Of a DNA stretch of 64,000 nucleotides, positions 15,515 through 31,230 are shown one piece after another. Made by a program: the position numbers and the translations under genes. Under the pieces are notes generated by a model. The model saw nothing but the letters and a program-made list of their open reading frames with translations, had not been told where the DNA came from and searched no databases. Source of the DNA: Eledone cirrhosa (taxonomy: Eukaryota); the NCBI GenBank assembly GCA_964016885.1, contig OZ024740.1, forward strand, positions 56,420,001 to 56,484,000, written 5' to 3'. Position 1 is the stretch's first letter. Each line of letters opens with the position of its first letter.

Positions 15515-15767
15515 GTCGATCGACAAAATCCCAGGCCTCATTTGCTTAACGAGTGGAGTGGAGTTCGTCAAATCGGACCGAGGAAGCAATGTTTCCATTG
15601 GTCTTTCCAATTGCTAATACTATCAACCGGTTGCAAATCGAGGCAGAAGGACCAGCGTGAAATAAAATGTCTTGCTCAAGGACATAACGCATCGCCCGGT
15701 ACGGGAATCGAACTCACAACCTCATGATTGTGAATCAAATTCTCTAATCCCTCAGCCAAGCGCCTTC
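15515..15767 (-). mobile_element. tRNA-derived SINE family 2 (relatives at 46145-46325 and about 38650-38900)
   Basis: A box TGGCTGAGGGA, B box GAGTTCGATTCC, tgtccttgagcaagaca body. Confidence 0.7.
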
Positions 15768-16335
15768 ATATATATATATATATATGGGGGGGGGGGGGGT
15801 TGTATGTATTAGTGTAGATATCGTATGAGATAATTTAGTATAGAAAAAGAACATGTCTCCAATGGAACTCGAATCTCCTATTTATCGTACTTTATGCTAC
15901 AATTGGATGGTTTAGCATAATGTAAATTAATCTTTTCTGTTGTTCTTGTAATCATCACCTGAGTCTCAACGTAATTTCCATCGGCTAGTATCTTATCCAG
16001 CTATCATATTTTATAGTCTCTTCTTTGTACAACCTTTTCATTCGCATCATCAATCACAAAAAGTAGGGAAGACGGTATGCCTTTCTGAGAATTGACCACG
16101 AAGAAGAAGAAGAAGAAGCAGAAGAACCTTTTGCTAGAAATATATGTATAAAGAATTGCACAATTTATATAAATCTGCATATTGATCGTTCGAAAAGAAA
16201 CAGTGTTTTCTATAACACAGTGTTTCCTAAGGTTGGTTCTGTTGAAAACCAGGCTTTTATGAAAATAATCTGGAATTCTAGGCATTTTAATATTATGGAG
16301 ATGAAGTTAGACTGTCTAAGGAAATAAGTGCTTGT

Positions 16336-16408
16336 CAGAGTTTACAGGCAAAGCCAACCAACAGAAGTCCCAGAGTTTACTGGCAAAGCCAACCAACAGA
16401 AGTCCCAG
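16336..16408 (+). repeat. 35-bp tandem duplication
   Basis: cagagtttac(a/t)ggcaaagccaaccaacagaagtcc x2. Confidence 0.85.
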
Positions 16409-16509
16409 GGGTAGGTGGCCACAAGCATGATGGTTGGAAGAAGCAGAAGAAGAAGAAAAAGAAAAAGAAAAAGAAAAAGAAAAAGAAGAAATACATGAAT
16501 TTAACTCAC

Positions 16510-16635
16510 TTTTTACCTTGGAGCTCGGGACAGGAATTTTCAATAAGGGCAGCTAACCCAACAGCTCCAGCTCCTTCTATGATAGTTTTTTCTTGTTCCA
16601 CAAGTCTCAAAATGGCCAATGCAATGCTGTCTTCT
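16510..16635 (-). CDS. Threonine ammonia-lyase-like exon (EDSIALAILRLVEQEKTIIEGAGAVGLAALIENSCPELQGKK)
   Basis: ttcag|...|gtgagt; E.EK...EGAGA..LAA motif; 126 bp. Confidence 0.94.
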
Positions 16636-16871
16636 CTGAAATTGCATCCAATTTAATATTTCAATGTTTGGAATGACGATTTTTTAAATAATGTAAAAAA
16701 AAAAAATCTGTGATTGTTATTTCTGTAATAAATATTCTCATATTCGCTGAAAATGGTGGTGAACAACAGAACATCGAGTTACTACATGGTCGTTCAACCT
16801 GCTAGGTAGAACAATCAAATTTTATCCAAAATGCACCATATAATTTTATATAAATACAGATCACATTAAAT

Positions 16872-17190
16872 CAGGGGCGTGCAACAGGCGGCCTCCGGGC
16901 CACAATCCAGCCCGCCAGACAAGACAGAATGGCCCGCGATGACCGTTTTTAATTTTTACCTTGTAGGCTTACTTAGAATTTCTTTCGTAACCGTAATACA
17001 ATTTTCTATTAGTTGACCTATACTAAAGGGCTTCACTGATAGGGTTATGTGTGTTATAATTTTCAAGTTCCATGTTAGGGAAAGAAGTTGTGGTGAATCT
17101 TTGGAATAGTGCTTAATAAATATTAATGGCCCTAATAGTTGTTCCAATGTTCAAAAGTGGCCCGCCAATGGAATATGTTGCACACCCCTG
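16872..17190. mobile_element. hAT-type MITE
   Basis: TIRs caggggcgtgcaac / gttgcacacccctg; 8-bp TSD cattaaat / tattaaat. Confidence 0.85.
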
Positions 17191-18429
17191 TATTAAATAG
17201 TATAATCCTTGGAGATTGACATGGATGAAATGTATTTGATCATGGGCCTAAACTACGACGACAACAACACCACAGAATATTAAGCAAACCTTTGAAAGGC
17301 TAACATGGTGAAACGTGTTCAGTTCCGGGCTGAATGTATTTCATTCCACCTACTTTTGAAAAAATTTGATATTCAATAAGTTCTGGCGACTGTAAACTAT
17401 TATTTTAAAAATTATTTTGTTCTTGTGTTTAGTCAAACAAAATATAATTAGTAAAGTTAATAAGTTTGGAATTAAATGCTTCTGTATTATTCTTCGGCGC
17501 ACTGAATTCCTTTTCAAATGATAGCGCTGTCAATTTGGCCTTGTATCCTTTCGGGGTTAATAAAAAATGTATTAATTGAAAGAGGGTAGATTTTCAAAAT
17601 TGATGAGCTTTATAGTACTGGCTCTTTTATCCTGAGTTCAAATCATGCCTTCTATCATCGGAAAGGCGTTGTTCTTACTGCTAGGAGTTGCGGCCGACAA
17701 ATACGAAGATAAGACCAAGGAAAACAGATTTATTGGTCAGATCTGACGATCAGCTTCTTTCTTAGCTCAAGTAATAAAGATACATTTTGTGATCATAATT
17801 ACATATATTCTAGGTGAGATACGCAGCGAAAGTAACAATATATTTTGTTAAGTTGAATAGAACTGATATAGCTTCGACCGTTTCCCCACTCACTCAATAG
17901 AAAACTAAGTTACTATTATTAAAATTCGAACCCGGCTGGCCAGAGTACACATTTTCGTTAATCAGTGAGTGAAAGGACTTTGTGTGGGTTAGATGATATA
18001 CCCCCCCCCCCACACACATATATATATAAATGAGAAAACCCATCGCTAGCACAACCGTTAAAAGAGCTAAATGCTGTCAAAGACAGAGGACAGAAACCAG
18101 CTGCCGGTGGTCAACAGAGAGACAATCCACAAGGTGACAAGCAGATGAAATATAGAAACGATTGAAAGAGGAGGAGGACAAAGAAAAGTATTTTGGCACG
18201 CAGAAGTGACTGGGAGAAGGAAATAAAGAATGGCGATGTACAAATCAAGTTTACAGACACACACACTTTTACTCTCATCAGCTCTCAAACCAGCAAAATG
18301 GTTTCGCACGATTTAATTGAGAGTACAATTTTTAAAAGTTGGATCGTGCAACAAAAAAATAAATCTTTCTGCTGGTATGATGTGTGTATTAAAAAACAAA
18401 GGAAGCTTAAAAAGGAGATCGCTCCCTAA

Positions 18430-20280
18430 TTGGAACAGTCTTTCTTGTCTCTCTTTTTTGAAAATTGGGATTATCACTCCCGATTGCCATTGCTTAGGTA
18501 CCATTCCAGAGACCAAGACCAATTGGCAAACATGAGTCAGCCAGAGCATATATTCTCTATTTAAAGCTTTTAAGATCTCAGACTGGATTTCATCTACCCC
18601 TGCGGCCTTGCCACATTTGAGCTCTTTAACTGCTCTTGTTACATCAGCCTCCCAGAGATTAGTCACCACTCCCAGATGCAAATCGTGTACACCCGAAGAT
18701 GCTGTTGTAATTAGGCTTTGGATTTCAGCAAATATTTTCTCCACCTCACTAGAAGAGAAAAGAGCCCCAGATGAGTTCCTGATTGGAGGTGTGGAGGAGG
18801 ACTACTTATTACGAACACGGTGGATGGTCTGACAGAACACTTTATTTGCTGATCGGAAGTCGGATTCCAGCTTAACCCTCAAATCCTCCCGTGTCTTAAT
18901 TGTACTGTCTCTGCTGTGATTCTTCTTGCCTGGTTGTACTGCAAGTGCAAGAAGGAGGACATATTTCCAAGCCAAGCTTTGGAAGCCTCCTTCTCTGATC
19001 GGATGACTTCATCGACCTGTTGATTGAACCAAGGGGTCCCTCTGCTTTCCGGCACCACACCAAGCCTCTTTCGCCCACAGCATCTAACAACTGAAGCGGA
19101 AACTATTGACCTGAACAGTCTCCCCTCGGTCTCAATGTCCTCAGTTTTCTCAACGAGTTCTCTGAATGTGGATGTAATAGTATCTGCATACTTGATCCTG
19201 ACTTCCCTATCCACCAACGCTTCCCAATTTATCCTGTAAGTCACCCTGGACCTGCCAGTTTCGTGGGCGTCTGTGGCTATAGGTAGTCTCAGGTTGCAGA
19301 TAGCTAGATGGTGATCAGTTTAGAGCTCAAGTCTTTTCATAACACGAACATCAAGCACAGAGTCGAAGAGATCAGAGATAAAAACAGAGGTGTTCTGCTA
19401 GAGAACTGTCTTAGATGGCGGATAGCGATATGGCCACCAAATATGATGGGTAGTTGAAATATAAGCGGGCAACTGTTGGACGAATAAGCAACCCCGGACC
19501 AACGGTGGTAAACTACTGGGGGAGATGGTGCAATGGGTGACACCGGTAGCAACAAAAAAAGCTCTCACACCCCAGTGACGTAGCTATGACGGTGCCAGGA
19601 ATATCATAGTCTTCGCATGTTTGAGAAATTATCAGATTAGTGACTGGTGCGAATTAGACCACCAAAACTGCAACTGCTATATGGTGAGAGGAACAAAAAA
19701 GAACCATACCGCATCGTCCTTGACAATTGGAACCGAGAACCCTTACAGGTTAGGAGCAGGAACTAGTGAAGGAGGCTAGATGCTACCAGTTAGATATAGT
19801 CTGGGTTTCCTCAACAAACTTCCGTGGCTCTGATACTGTAGATTTGGATGGAGGATGGAAACTCCACTACTCAGCTGTGGCCCCAGTTAAAAATGCATAT
19901 GCGGGAGTGGGGATACACAGAGGCCCTCGACTGTCAGTATGTCATCGACAGGATCCCATTAGAAGAGAGGATTTGCCTCATGAAACTTAGGCTGAAAGAT
20001 CTGTGGGTGGTGCAAGATTATGCACCAAACAAGGAATCCGAATACTGATCCTTCCTTGATGAAGTCACTGCAGCGTTAAATGTAGTTAAGTATATATCCT
20101 GATGGGAGGGTTCAATGCACATCATCTTTTCACTGACTACATGATATGGAGAGGAGTGATTGGAAGGAATGGTGACCCCGATTTAAATATGAATGGAGAG
20201 GCCTTATTAGACTTCAGTTCTAGCAATCGACTCTCTATTATGAACATTTTCATCCAGCACAGAGACATCCATAAATATGG
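18430..20280 (-). mobile_element. Degenerate RTE-like LINE with inverted 5' part (APE N-terminus on +, about 19385-20280; APE C-terminus to RT start on -, about 19380-18430)
   Basis: Plus strand: AGVGI, YAPN, GGFNAH, NG..LLDF, HKY. Minus strand: TDHHL, KAAGVDEI..E.LK, VP.QW....IIPIFKK. Confidence 0.8.
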
Positions 20281-20314
20281 ATTGTATAAGGGGAATCAGA
20301 GAGAGATATCAATG

Positions 20315-20399
<85 letters not shown>

Positions 20400-20546
20400 T
20401 ATTTTCCGTTGTGTTGTAATATAAATATTACACACAGTAGATTATCAGCTCACGTAGAGTTTGCTCGACGGTTCCAGTTGTAGTTCCAAAAGAAATCCGG
20501 AGAAAAATAGAAAGATTTGAATGGATACAGTTTAGTTGAAAGGAAT

Positions 20547-20666
20547 TTATTGACACGTGTTTCTATAACAGTTACATAACCTAAAACAGCTGCTATCTAC
20601 AAACTTTTAGTTATGCAGACATTCAATATTTCAATGTTATTATTTACTGTCATCTCATCAGAATAA
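20547..20666 (-). ncRNA. Naiad pLTR hammerhead with extended stem II
   Basis: ttatt-CTGATGA-g-atgacagt...actgttat-a-GAAA-CACGTG-TC-aataa. Confidence 0.65.
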
Positions 20667-21218
20667 TATTACTGAGGACCTATTTAGTTTTTATAGAGAA
20701 TATTAGGAGGGAGGGGTGAAGTTGTTAGAAGAATAGTTGAAGGAGTGGTTTTTCGATAGCAGTGAGAATTCTTGGTGGCAGTGAGTAATTAGATTCCCAT
20801 CTGTTGTTTTGACATTTTTTATAGAATATATTATTGGTTATTTTTCTAAATCTATAGAAGGATTAGAGATAGTAAAGATATGCGTGGTTGGTTTTGTGTT
20901 TGCACTTAATTAACATTCAGACTTAAATTTTTCTTTCAAGTGTACGTATCCTTTCACCCACGCATTCATACACACATATATTTGCACACCTCTACAAAAT
21001 ACATATACTCACAATTCACATATTCATACTTACATATATATATACACATGCATACACATATATATACACACATGTATTCATGTACATACATACGCGCTCA
21101 TGTGTATACATTTTCATACTCAACTTATCTTTATATACACACGTATAGACATACACATATATACATACATACTCTAGTCCATGTGTACACACATACACAT
21201 ACATACACATCTATATAC

Positions 21219-21329
<111 letters not shown>

Positions 21330-23251
21330 AGCACTTTAATACATGAATACACTTACATCTAACTATACACATCAAACATATATATATATTTACTTATTTA
21401 TATACATTTTCACATATATATACATACTTATGGACGTTTTTAGACACATTCATTATCGCATATTTGCACCTATTCTCATCAGCATATCTTTCCATTATTA
21501 GTGTGGTAATTTAAGGTTATTAATATATGTTGAGAAGAGATTGTTTTTATATTTTTCTAACTAGATTAAGGTTTATATAGTTGGGGGATGTCCCTCTTTT
21601 ATGTAATATTCGGCTTGTAGTGGGAAAAAAGGGTTTTAGTTCTGTGGCGGCAGAATAATGTTCGTTCAATTCTGTTATTCAGCAGTTTCTTCTTGTGTGT
21701 GATTATGTAATAAATCTCAAGATTACACAATTTGCAGAAATTTTGGCTCCTGGAAAAGCTTTGGGTTTTAGCTAATTTTTCCCATTTTAGGGTAAACTTT
21801 TGATCGCTATCCCTGAGCGTCCAAGCTTTTTCTGCTAAAGTTGTTACATTTCTTTGGCTCTGGTGTTTTATTGAGTAAGAATGCCTATACAATCGAGATT
21901 TAAACGATGTTGCCGTTGATCCCACGTAATACCACTCGTTGCTTCCGGATTTAATGGTACACTTATAAATAATATTTTTTTCCAGGCAGTTATTGCCGGG
22001 TCTATCTTCTAACATACAAGTATTTAAGGAACACGCCGAGTACTACGATAACGCCCTTAGTAAAGCAGGCTACCTCAACAAAATAGAGTACATAGATGGG
22101 AACAATCAAAACACCCAAAATAAATCCCACATAGGTAGATATAATAACACAACACCAAACCACACTTACTACCATAGTATGCACACCAGTAAACCAACAA
22201 ACAAAACTAATAGAAAGCGATGCAAAGAGTACTTATGGTATAACCCGAATACAATAGTTCCATTAGTACAAAATTACCAGTACTCTTCTTTAAAATAATT
22301 AAAAGACATTTTCCCACATCACACAAATACCACAAAATCCTAAACCCTACCACTATAAGACTCATACTCTACAGCGTTAAACCTTGAACAACACATAAAA
22401 AAGATCAATACTAGAAGGTTAAACGAAAACACTAAGAACTTAAGTACAAAGAACACAAAAAAAACAGTAGACAATACACTACAGAACATAAATAAACCAC
22501 ACCTAAGTTCGTCCGCAATACTACTCCAGAGAAAACCCAACGTACACAACTGTAACTGCACCTATCCTGACAACTGCCCCCTCGGCAATAACTGCCTGGA
22601 AAAAAATATTATTTATAAGTGTACCATTAAATCCGGAAGCAACGAGTGGTATTACGTGGGATCAACGGCAACATCGTTTAAATCTCGATTGTATAGGCAT
22701 TCTTACTCAATAAAACACCAGAGCCAAAGAAATGTAACAACTTTAGCAGAAAAAGCTTGGACGCTCAGGGATAGCGATCAAAAGTTTACCCTAAAATGGG
22801 AAAAATTAGCTAAAACCCAAAGCTTTTCCAGGAGCCAAAATTTCTGCAAATTGTGTAATCTTGAGATTTATTACATAATCACACACAAGAAGAAACTGCT
22901 GAATAACAGAATTGAACGAACATTATTCTGCCGTCACAGAACTAAAACCCTTTTTTCCCACTACAAGCCGAATATTACATAAAAGAGGGACATCCCCCAA
23001 CTATATAAACCTTAATCTAGTTAGAAAAATATAAAAACAATCTCTTCTCAACATATATTAATAACCTTAAATTACCACACTAATAATGGAAAGATATGCT
23101 GATGAGAATAGGTGCAAATATGCGATAATAAATGTGTCTAAAAACGTCCATAAGTATGTATATATATGTGAAAATGTATATAAATAAGTAAATATATATA
23201 TATGTTTGATGTGTATAGTTAGATGTAAGTGTATTCATGTATTAAAGTGCT

Positions 23252-23358
<107 letters not shown>

Positions 23359-23922
23359 ATGTATGTATGTGTATATAGATGTGTATGTATGTGTATGTGT
23401 GTACACATGGACTAGAGTATGTATGTATATATGTGTATGTCTATACGTGTGTATATAAAGATAAGTTGAGTATGAAAATGTATACACATGAGCGCGTATG
23501 TATGTACATGAATACATGTGTGTATATATATGTGTATGCATGTGTATATATATATGTAAGTATGAATATGTGAATTGTGAGTATATGTATTTTGTAGAGG
23601 TGTGCAAATATATGTGTGTATGAATGCGTGGGTGAAAGGATACGTACACTTGAAAGAAAAATTTAAGTCTGAATGTTAATTAAGTGCAAACACAAAACCA
23701 ACCACGCATATCTTTACTATCTCTAATCCTTCTATAGATTTAGAAAAATAACCAATAATATATTCTATAAAAAATGTCAAAACAACAGATGGGAATCTAA
23801 TTACTCACTGCCACCAAGAATTCTCACTGCTATCGAAAAACCACTCCTTCAACTATTCTTCTAACAACTTCACCCCTCCCTCCTAATATTCTCTATAAAA
23901 ACTAAATAGGTCCTCAGTAATA

Positions 23923-24042
23923 TTATTCTGATGAAATGACAGTAAATAATAACATTGAAATATTGAATGTCTGCATAACTAAAAGTTTGTAGATAGCAGC
24001 TGTTTTAGGTTATGTAACTGTTATAGAAACACGTGTCAATAA
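23923..24042 (+). ncRNA. Naiad pLTR hammerhead with extended stem II
   Basis: Same motif as 20547-20666. Confidence 0.65.
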
Positions 24043-24076
24043 ATTCCTTTCAACTAAACTGTATCCATTCAAATCT

Positions 24077-24138
<62 letters not shown>

Positions 24139-24740
24139 GATTCTCGCTGAATTTATATTTGTATTAATCTCCCGAGTCTTACAATTAACCTGTTAATAAT
24201 TCTATTGACAGATTAATTGCATAAGTTTATTTTAAAAACTACCCGGTTGAGTGCTTATTCGATTTGTGCTATCTATACAATTTTTTGTATGATATACACA
24301 TACTGAATTCATTTGCCAACATCTGGCGAATTTCCCCTTGTGAGTTACACATCTGCTTTTACAGAGTTCTGCGTCACTCACAAAGTTGGTTACAGACCAA
24401 AATACCTGTTGATAACGTGATATTACTTGTTCGATCTTTATGCTGAAAGTTTATAGTTTTAAGCAAGCAGTATTATTGATTTAGGTGTCATAGAAACCCT
24501 GCATTTGGATTTTACCATCAATTCCAGGTCTGTTTTTATCATTTATTTTGTTTGACCTGTTTAGCTTGATTTGTTTTTTGGCTTAGGTGGTTAATGCCTT
24601 CTTGACCACTTTTCAGTTTGTATGGCGTTTTAACATATTGTTTAGCTCTAGTTTTCTTAACTATTGAGCGCTTGCCACCATTTCTACGATTTTGCTTTTC
24701 GTTTCGCTTTTTCTACCAGCCGAAATACGATTCTCGCTGA

Positions 24741-24814
<74 letters not shown>

Positions 24815-24816
<2 letters not shown>

Positions 24817-25337
24817 GATGGCTGCCCCCTCGTTATCGAGTATGCCCATTGCACGATATACCATTATTAATAATTATTAATTAATTCTATCGTGCAATGC
24901 CTGTGCGTGAAGATATTTTTTAAAGTGAGGAAAGACTGTGCACTGAGCTAATCCCACTCTCTGAGCGACAGTAGCTATAACCCGAAAAGAAGAAAATATC
25001 AACATCATCGGTAACTACTGAGCTGCAGGTTTTATATCGGAGTTATCTCACTTTCCTGAGTTGCCTTCTCCTAGAAGAATGCCCTGACAAAGGCTATGGG
25101 TCCTTCACTCCCAGTGGTTTAACCGCGCGGTTGGGTGTCCAGCCCGACTTTTCCTTGTCCCCGCGAATATACATACACATGCACCCATGTATATACACAT
25201 ATACATACATATGTACATGTGTATATATATACATATTTACACACTTTCGGATGGACGTTGACTCTTATGAGTTCTTCCGCCCTTTGTCAAGTCTTGTTTT
25301 TTGTCCTGCATGGTGTCCAAAATCACCCTCCTCGCCA
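24815..25337 (-). mobile_element. Non-autonomous RTE-related short retroelement (diverged)
   Basis: Shares the gacaaaggcta, tgtccaaaatcaccctcctc and atgatggctgc blocks. Confidence 0.6.
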
Positions 25338-25338
25338 C

Positions 25339-25369
<31 letters not shown>

Positions 25370-25945
25370 TATATACATATATATATATACATATACTTAT
25401 ACATACGTGCATACACAATTACAGGCGTACATATATATATGAAATACAATGTTATTGACATTACTTTTAACTCTGAAGCACAGTTTTTGTTTTACTGAAC
25501 ATACAAGTAAATATGAAATAAACATCACGAAACAGGAAGAAATCCATTTAATTCATTACTTTTTGCCTGAATCCATTAAATTTACTTCGGTTTTATCTTA
25601 CTTTCTCACTATTAACAAATCTATCTATAGTTAATAAGAAATATATATATATGTTATAGAATGTAAGAAATGTATACTTGAAGACAAATATTTGTTGTTG
25701 GTAGTGCTGTTGGTGAAATAAGTTTACTTTTACGTTTTGGTGAAAAGTTCTGGTTAAATGCACCTTTGTGTTAAGGTCTATTAGGCCTGTGTATTTATTT
25801 CAAAGTATATGTTTTCTTCTTAGATAAAGGGAAGAGTGTTCATAATTGCCTATTGATTTTTCTGGAAGAATTCTCTGTTTACAATAATTCTGTTCAGTTC
25901 ATCCTATCCTATATATATATGTGTGTGTGTAAATATGTATATATA

Positions 25946-25976
<31 letters not shown>

Positions 25977-25999
25977 GTGTGTGTATATATATATATGTG

Positions 26000-26030
<31 letters not shown>

Positions 26031-26031
26031 A

Positions 26032-26083
<52 letters not shown>

Positions 26084-26094
26084 TATATATATAT

Positions 26095-26165
<71 letters not shown>

Positions 26166-26174
26166 TATATATTT

Positions 26175-26233
<59 letters not shown>

Positions 26234-26585
26234 AAGAAAGAGATGGATACAGATATTGATATATACATTTGCACTCATACACATGCCACCCACACATACA
26301 ATCCCCCCGCCACACACACACACATATGTACATACACATTCATCTGTATGTACATGTTTAATAAATAAATTTACTGGGAAATCTATATATCATATATATG
26401 TTTGTATACATAAATGCGTACCTGTTTGAATGTGTGTGTCTATGTATGTGTATGAATGTGTGTATGTGTGTGTGTAAGTGTATATTTTTTACTGCCAAAA
26501 TAACCTTACATTCTGTCTCACAATAATAATGGCTTTTGTTGACAATTTACTCTCTCTCTCTCTCTCTCTCTCTCCTCTCTCTCTC

Positions 26586-26639
<54 letters not shown>

Positions 26640-26680
26640 CACACACACATATATATATATCCCTCTCTCTCTCTTTATAC

Positions 26681-26756
<76 letters not shown>

Positions 26757-26794
26757 CACACACACACATATATATATCCCTCTCTCTCTCTTTA

Positions 26795-26860
<66 letters not shown>

Positions 26861-27489
26861 TTATGTGTGTGTAACTCTTTTAGCCGGGTTGATTGATATC
26901 TAAAATAAATATTATTATGCGACTTCACTCTATTCTGCCTAAACTCTGACAATCTTGAGTGCGACTGAGTATGTGAATCTATCAGAAATATTGCACCCAT
27001 ATCACCTGAAAGATGTTTATAATGTTTAAAAACAAACCCGAATATAAAATTATGAAATATAGTTTTTCTCGAAATATTTAACTGAAGTTAACATGAAATG
27101 ACTGAACTCTCCTCAGATGCGTACGTTGTTAATGTAATTCTCGAGGAGATTCCGCTTGGCACAGTGTGTGACATAGTTGGTCGTTTGCATTACAGGTACA
27201 AGTAATTTTTACCAGCTAAGTGTTCAATAAGAGAACGACCTCCAAACACTCTAAACACTAATCAACGCGACTTCACATTATACCGTTATACAACTTATGA
27301 AAAAGATTAGTAAATATTTTAATGAATAACTTAAGGAACATTATTATGTGATTATGTGAACATAAATACTTAAGCAAATAATATCTTTTCAATATTTCAA
27401 AAGAACACTATTAGTTATATGAACGTTGACTCTCTGAAATAACAACTTTAAGCAAAAACTAGTTATATGAAGATATTTCTTAACCAGCC

Positions 27490-27668
27490 GATTTGCTAAA
27501 TCGCCGGACAACATGTTTTGCGTCATAGAGTTATGGCCCTTTACGTTCTGGGTTCAAATCCAGCCGAGGTTAACTTTGCCTTTCATCCTTACAGGGTCGA
27601 TGAAATGAAGCACCTGTAATGCACTGTGGTAATTGCTGGCCTTGTGCCAAAAGTAGAAACAATTATTT
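27490..27668 (+). mobile_element. tRNA-derived SINE family 1
   Basis: B box and shared body. Confidence 0.75.
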
Positions 27669-28405
27669 CTTAACCAGCATTTGCTTTAACGAAAAATGGA
27701 ACTGAAGGCAAATGTCCGAGAGAGATTGAGTGGAAACAGTTGAATAACTAAACAGGCTTTGTTAAAGATACTGGAGTGAAATATTCATATTGACCGTTGT
27801 ACGTAAAATAAAACAAAAAGTGAAAGCAAGAAATAAAAGAGAGGGATGGAATGATGCTGGTTAGAAAAGATTTTAAAAAAGTAAGGAAAATTTAAAGAAA
27901 AGAAGAAACGTAAATGATGTAGATGTTGTATAATTAATTTTAGAATGTAACACACAAACTATTGTGTAAAAAGCGCTAATGAAATGTTTAAAAGTATACA
28001 AAGATTAAGAGGAAAGAAAGCTGGCGAGAGCTGAATAAATTACTATTTTAAAGAATGTACACTTGAAAACATTCAGTTGCGTGTAAAATATGAGTAGAGT
28101 TATTATCAGGGAATGTTGGGCAGATTACCGAAAGGTGTAAACAATAGGTAAATCTAAATTCTTCAGCGATTTTAGTATAGTAATGTCCAGAATATGTTGG
28201 TGGAGAAATTTTGCCAGGAAAATAGCGTTAGGGAAAGTCGTTAGGAGACAAGGAAGAAACTTGTACAGTAAATATTTTAAAACGTGTTTGTAGGAAGGCG
28301 TAACTCTCATCTTTCTCCAAGTGTAAATTATTATATTTTTGCAATTACTATTTATAGTTAGTAAATTTTCAAATTTTTCCAAAGATTCCTAAGTCAACCG
28401 CTTTG

Positions 28406-28459
<54 letters not shown>

Positions 28460-28460
<1 letters not shown>

Positions 28461-28965
28461 CTTTATACATAAATGGCAATTTCTGTATGTTTGCGAACCT
28501 AAAACTTAAAGACTACCAAACCGAACTTGAAACTTGACACGTGTGTGGGGCTTATGCCCATTTGATTTCTTACGTATATTTCATTTTAATCAAAGGGTTC
28601 CCCGGGGAATCAAATCCCCGCTGAAATGTTTTCCCTTCGAATTATATGAAATTTAAACCATAGGTAAATGACAAGATATGATGCCCATTCACAAAATTTC
28701 AGCAAATTTTAATAATATTAAGACACCCTAATGGGGGTTCTATTTTTTTCCTTATAGCAACACTCAACTTCTCTGACAAACATGTTTTCACCTGACCAAT
28801 GCAATCAACAATATTTGTTTGTATTATTGTTTCGTAAATGAATTTGTCTTCGCTTTTGATTATCTGTCCTATATTTAGATTTCATTTTTGGTCTGAGAGG
28901 CAGTGGGCATTTTAATGGGAACTGGGAATACCCCTGCTCCCGGGTATTACCGGGTACCTCAGCTA
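28460..28965 (+). mobile_element. Non-autonomous Helitron-like element
   Basis: 5' TC start (tctttatacataaa); 3' GC hairpin cccggg tatta ccggg followed by cagcta. Confidence 0.55.
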
Positions 28966-28970
28966 TATAG

Positions 28971-29021
<51 letters not shown>

Positions 29022-29032
29022 GGTGTGGGGGG

Positions 29033-29071
<39 letters not shown>

Positions 29072-29601
29072 ATGATATTCATAAGCAACATACGATATTA
29101 CATCAGTTGGTTTCGTGAATTAACAAAGCACACAAAATGAAAGCGCTAACCGTTATTCACTACATCAGGCTAATATGCTTACTAAGTGTTGGGCGGTATC
29201 TGGGATTATTTTAAAACAATGAAAGCGAAGGAAAGGGGGGCAACTCACTTATTTATTAAAAAATGCTTCTCTTTGCATTATATATCATAATAATAAAACA
29301 CGACGATCAAATGCCAACCACTTTTGTGCAACCAGAAAGGTATTAAAAAAACGCAGAACTCTTGCGATCATTTTCTCACTTACTGTTCACGTTCTAGTCT
29401 AAACATCGATATCCTGCGATAAGTAATAAACATCAAATGTTTGTTTTGTCGTCGATATGTATATATATATATATATATATATAAATATATATATTTATTT
29501 ATTTATTAAAATAACAGATTAAAGTTTAAGCAAAGAATCGCTGCTTTCACCCTTAACGGGATCTTCTGAATTTGGATTTTAATCTTCAAATTTATTATTA
29601 T

Positions 29602-29634
<33 letters not shown>

Positions 29635-29638
<4 letters not shown>

Positions 29639-31230
29639 CTTCCACTTCACTCTCACATCTAATTTGGAATTTAAAGGACAACAATATAGAATATTCAATA
29701 TCTTGGGGAACGATTTCGAAAACACCTGCATACCGAAATATGGCTTTCTCAAGAATCTGTCATTTGTGTATCGAGGAAATCTTTTATATATTTAACTGCC
29801 AAAACTCTATTAATTTAAAAATAGAATTATTTGCTTCTTGCAGACATCGCCAAAAATACACTTCCCGAAGTATTTTTAATCTATGATATTCATTACACTT
29901 GACTACATCTTATACAACTTTAAAATTATGCTATTATTTACTGAGTTTTTCTTTAAAAAATGAAAATTTTTTAAATGATCTTCCTTCTTAAATTTAGTAT
30001 TTTTACCATTTGATATTCTTTTCCTAATGATACTCTTCTTAATCTATTTTGGGTTTTTTTTTTTTAGATTTAGATATTTTTTTTAGATTTAGATTGATAC
30101 TTTTTAAATGACATTCTGAAAGATATCCTCTTTACGATAATTCTTCTAAGTGCACTCTTGACTTATCTAATAATACATTTTTCCTCTCTTTAATCTTCAA
30201 ACTTTTCACACATCTTTCGACGTAGATAATATCTAATAGAAATTCTCATCCTTGAAAAACATATAATATAAAATACCTTATAATCTAACACAAAATAATA
30301 TATAATTTTCTCTACATACTTTCTAAGAAAATCATTGATCAAATTTAATGGTTAGCAAATAATATTGGAGTTATCTTTTCCTTTACAATTGAGCAAACAT
30401 AGACATAATAACTTGTATGATAATTATATAATTTCGCTAAATTAACAATGTTCTGAAACCATCTTCAATGTTGGATGAACATATTTGAATCTACAAATTG
30501 TTCTTCTCTTACAACTTGAACTACGTCTTTTTCTTAAATATTTATGTAAAATGTAAAATCAACGTCCTTCGTAACTCATATTAGAAATGTAAACAATTAA
30601 TACGTGTGTTCTATTTCTATAAAATCACCAATAATACTTATACTTGCACACTTATTAATCTATATAGAGATTTATATACTTACAAGCTGTTGTAATATAA
30701 GATAAAATGTACTTACAACCATAATTCTTCATATAATCTAATGGATTATATATATATAATATTATAACTCATAATATAGCTAAATATTTTTTTTAAATTC
30801 TGGAATCATATTCCACCATTCCTACAAACTGTTAATTCTTTTTAAATTCACGTAAATGCAAGTTTTTCTTTCTTTCTCTTTCTTCTTCCTATATATAAAT
30901 ATATATATCATAATAATTATTTAAATCTACCAAGTGTCTAAAATTAACGTTTTTTTCAGCCCTATACCTCAGTCTCATTTGCATATTCATCTTACTAATT
31001 TGAAATATTTGACTTTTCCTCTCTTTCCCCTCTTTCCTTTTACTATCCAGGAAAAACTTGAACTGTTAAGATCTCCTTTTTGGATATGTCAATATTTATA
31101 ACACAAACTTTGTATTTTATCTGATGAGAGGGTACCAAAGTTTTGGTACCCTTGAAATATATATAATAGAATAAATATGGTTCACTGTTCGTAACTGCAC
31201 TCCTTCTTATTGTTTTTGTTTTGTATTATG

